IMG/VR virus record: IMGVR_UViG_3300034069_002149
Span: 1-27,649 of that record
Direction: 5' to 3' (one strand)
DNA from: a virus
Length of the DNA: 27,649 bases
Both the position numbers and the translations under genes were made by a program. The number at the start of each line of letters is the position of its first letter. The first letter of the stretch is position 1. The notes under the pieces are model-generated. The model was not told the DNA's origin. It saw only the letters and a list, made by a program, of their open reading frames with translations, and searched no databases. Below, piece after piece: positions 25,940-27,649 of this stretch.

Positions 25940-26226
25940 GACAGGGTTTTGCCTTCGCTGAGGTTCTGGCCGGTATAGGGTGGCAGGTTGCCACAGTCCC
26001 AATCGACCATGGCCCATGCCATGTGCCGCTCGTGGACGAAGAATGGTCCCTCACCATTCTCCAGGTCCAACTGGACCCAATCCGAACCGTAATTCATCAG
26101 CGGCTTGCTGACGACGGGACCGCCGTTTGCCGGTTGGTACTTAAAGTGCCAACCTGCGCCAGATGGGTCGTTGTGGCCGGTTTCAACGACGACTTCGATC
26201 ATGGTTCTGGGGTCTGATACTGACAT
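25936..26226 (-). CDS. Hypothetical phage protein
   Basis: ATG 26226 follows AGGAGG. ATG 26247 is an alternative start. Confidence 0.65.
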   Translation of the reverse strand: MSVSDPRTMIEVVVETGHNDPSGAGWHFKYQPANGGPVVSKPLMNYGSDWVQLDLENGEGPFFVHERHMAWAMVDWDCGNLPPYTGQNLSEGKTLS

Positions 26227-26249
26227 TTGCCCTGTCCCTCCTGTCATGC

Positions 26250-26465
26250 TCACCGGGCGGCGAGCATGATCTGATAATCGTGGTTGCCGATAACCCAGCC
26301 CTGGATCACATTGATCTCGGGCGCGAAGTACGGGACCTCCTTGGGAAGATCCACGATACCAGCGTGGTCGATGATGCCCTGGTGCGCGCCGACCATCGTG
26401 GCGAACGGTCCCAGAACCTCGATCTTCTTGCCGTTCCGCGCGCCGCAAACTTCGATGCTATACAT
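26250..26465 (-). CDS. Hypothetical phage protein
   Basis: ATG 26465 follows AAGGGG and overlaps the upstream stop. Confidence 0.65.
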   Translation of the reverse strand: MYSIEVCGARNGKKIEVLGPFATMVGAHQGIIDHAGIVDLPKEVPYFAPEINVIQGWVIGNHDYQIMLAAR

Positions 26466-26661
26466 TCCGGTTCCCCTTACTGGGCGGCGGAGAGATGCGC
26501 TCGGACAAGACCTGGACCTCACCAATCTGGATGGGCTGATCGGCTCCGGCTGTCCACCAGTTGAAGTGCCCATCCCACTTAGCGATTTCCTCTGGAAACG
26601 GATCGACCTTGATCCAATAGAAGCCTTCTTCCCGCTGCGTGTCGTTGTTTTTCATGGTCAT
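26458..26661 (-). CDS. Small Trp-rich phage protein
   Basis: REEGFYWIK...EIAKW...WW motif. SD AGGA. Confidence 0.7.
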   Translation of the reverse strand: MTMKNNDTQREEGFYWIKVDPFPEEIAKWDGHFNWWTAGADQPIQIGEVQVLSERISPPPSKGNRNV

Positions 26662-26673
26662 ATCGTTTCCTGC

Positions 26674-26937
26674 TTACTGGACGACGTGGAGCATGAAGTA
26701 GAGACCCACGAAGCTGTCGATCTGATAGCTGCCGCTGGTCTGAAGTTCGCTCCGGATCTCCGCCTCGGACTCTCCGGTCTGCTCCTCGCAGTCCGTGTGG
26801 TGCTTTTGCCAGTCCGCGAAGAGACTAGACAACGTGCCGTTCCAGATTACCGACTCGGACACTGTGTCATTGTCAGTGATGACATGAGACGTCATCTTGA
26901 TAACCGGATCGTAAACAGCGCTGGTCTGATTGGTCAT
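26674..26937 (-). CDS. Hypothetical phage protein
   Basis: First ORF after the promoter at 27000-27028. Confidence 0.65.
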   Translation of the reverse strand: MTNQTSAVYDPVIKMTSHVITDNDTVSESVIWNGTLSSLFADWQKHHTDCEEQTGESEAEIRSELQTSGSYQIDSFVGLYFMLHVVQ

Positions 26938-26999
26938 TGCTTTGTCTGTCCCCTGTGAGAGTGGCGGGTGCCGCTGTGGTTGTTTCCAACCACAACAGG

Positions 27000-27028
27000 A
27001 CTATGCCACAGATTGCGGGTGCATGCAC
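27000..27028 (-). promoter_or_regulatory. Sigma70-like promoter, copy of the repeated cassette
   Basis: Minus strand GTGCAT-N17-CATAGT. It shares 14 nt with 13539-13552. Confidence 0.55.
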
Positions 27029-27070
27029 ACAAATAATTTCATGGAACTACAGGCTTAACGTCATATGACG

Positions 27071-27649
27071 TTAGTATGGTGGCTGCCGATTGCCCTGAAG
27101 TTCCAGAATGACCGTGTTGATGTTCGTGCCCAAGCTGGCAAACGACCGCTCAGGCAGGTCGCTGAAGCGGCCTCGCATGAAGTCCACGACCTTTCGGAAC
27201 GACTTGGCCTTGGTCGTCTCGCGGAAGCAGGTTCCGGCTGACATGACGGCGACCAGCTTGCCGTCAGGTTTGAGGAACTTGATCGCGTGCATCACGTGGT
27301 CGATATCTCTTTCTCGATCAAATGGGGGATTCATTACTATACGATCATACAACTTATCCGGGTCCGGCTGCCACGCCAGGAAGTCGAAGCAGTGAACCGC
27401 GTTGAAGGTGCCGCTGCGGCGCAGTTCGTTCGCCAGTTCCGGCTGGTACTCGACACAGTCCACGAGGTTGCCGGTCTCCGCCAGAGGCTTCGCCAGATTG
27501 CCAGTGCCAGCACTCGGCTCCAGGATGCGAAGCTGTTCACCTTCCCTCCAGCGACAGGGGTACTCATACGCCTTCGCCTTTTCCACGACCCGCTCGACCA
27601 CGCCCTTGGGAGACGGGTAGAAAGCGAAGTTCTTGGCGATGGCCGTCTT
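27071..27649 (-). CDS. N6-adenine-type DNA methyltransferase (gamma-class motif order); 5' end lies outside the window
   Basis: The frame is open to the window edge (KTAIAKNFAFYPSPKG...). Motifs FYPSP, LEPSAGTG and VMNPPF. Confidence 0.88.
   Translation of the reverse strand, partial: KTAIAKNFAFYPSPKGVVERVVEKAKAYEYPCRWREGEQLRILEPSAGTGNLAKPLAETGNLVDCVEYQPELANELRRSGTFNAVHCFDFLAWQPDPDKLYDRIVMNPPFDRERDIDHVMHAIKFLKPDGKLVAVMSAGTCFRETTKAKSFRKVVDFMRGRFSDLPERSFASLGTNINTVILELQGNRQPPY

Overview
This window of roughly 60% GC (estimated by eye) looks like the accessory, early and DNA-metabolism region of a large phage or prophage, probably of an alphaproteobacterial host. No capsid, terminase or integrase gene is visible. 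It contains a recombination pair (C-terminus of a YqaJ-like exonuclease plus a Rad52/Sak-like annealing protein), a PAPS-reductase-family protein, dUTPase and many small translationally coupled ORFs. It also holds a 730-aa RING + helical (TROVE-like) + TerD protein, an RTX-repeat protein, a ParB-like protein, a TGT/DpdA-like protein, a degenerate QueD, a beta-helix protein, an HNH nuclease, two DNA methyltransferases and an IS607-like remnant. The best candidate for a new system is a pair of homologous structured small RNAs (5605-5669 and 5952-6009). Each has its own sigma70-like promoter and paired 5'/3' ends, and they lie directly upstream of the RING-TROVE-like-TerD gene, suggesting a phage ribonucleoprotein analogous to Ro60/Y RNA. 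Other non-coding finds are a suhB/MmgR-like anti-Shine-Dalgarno sRNA, a second candidate sRNA, a repeated promoter/leader cassette and a repeated palindrome. All family calls come from motif recognition by eye; no searches were run.
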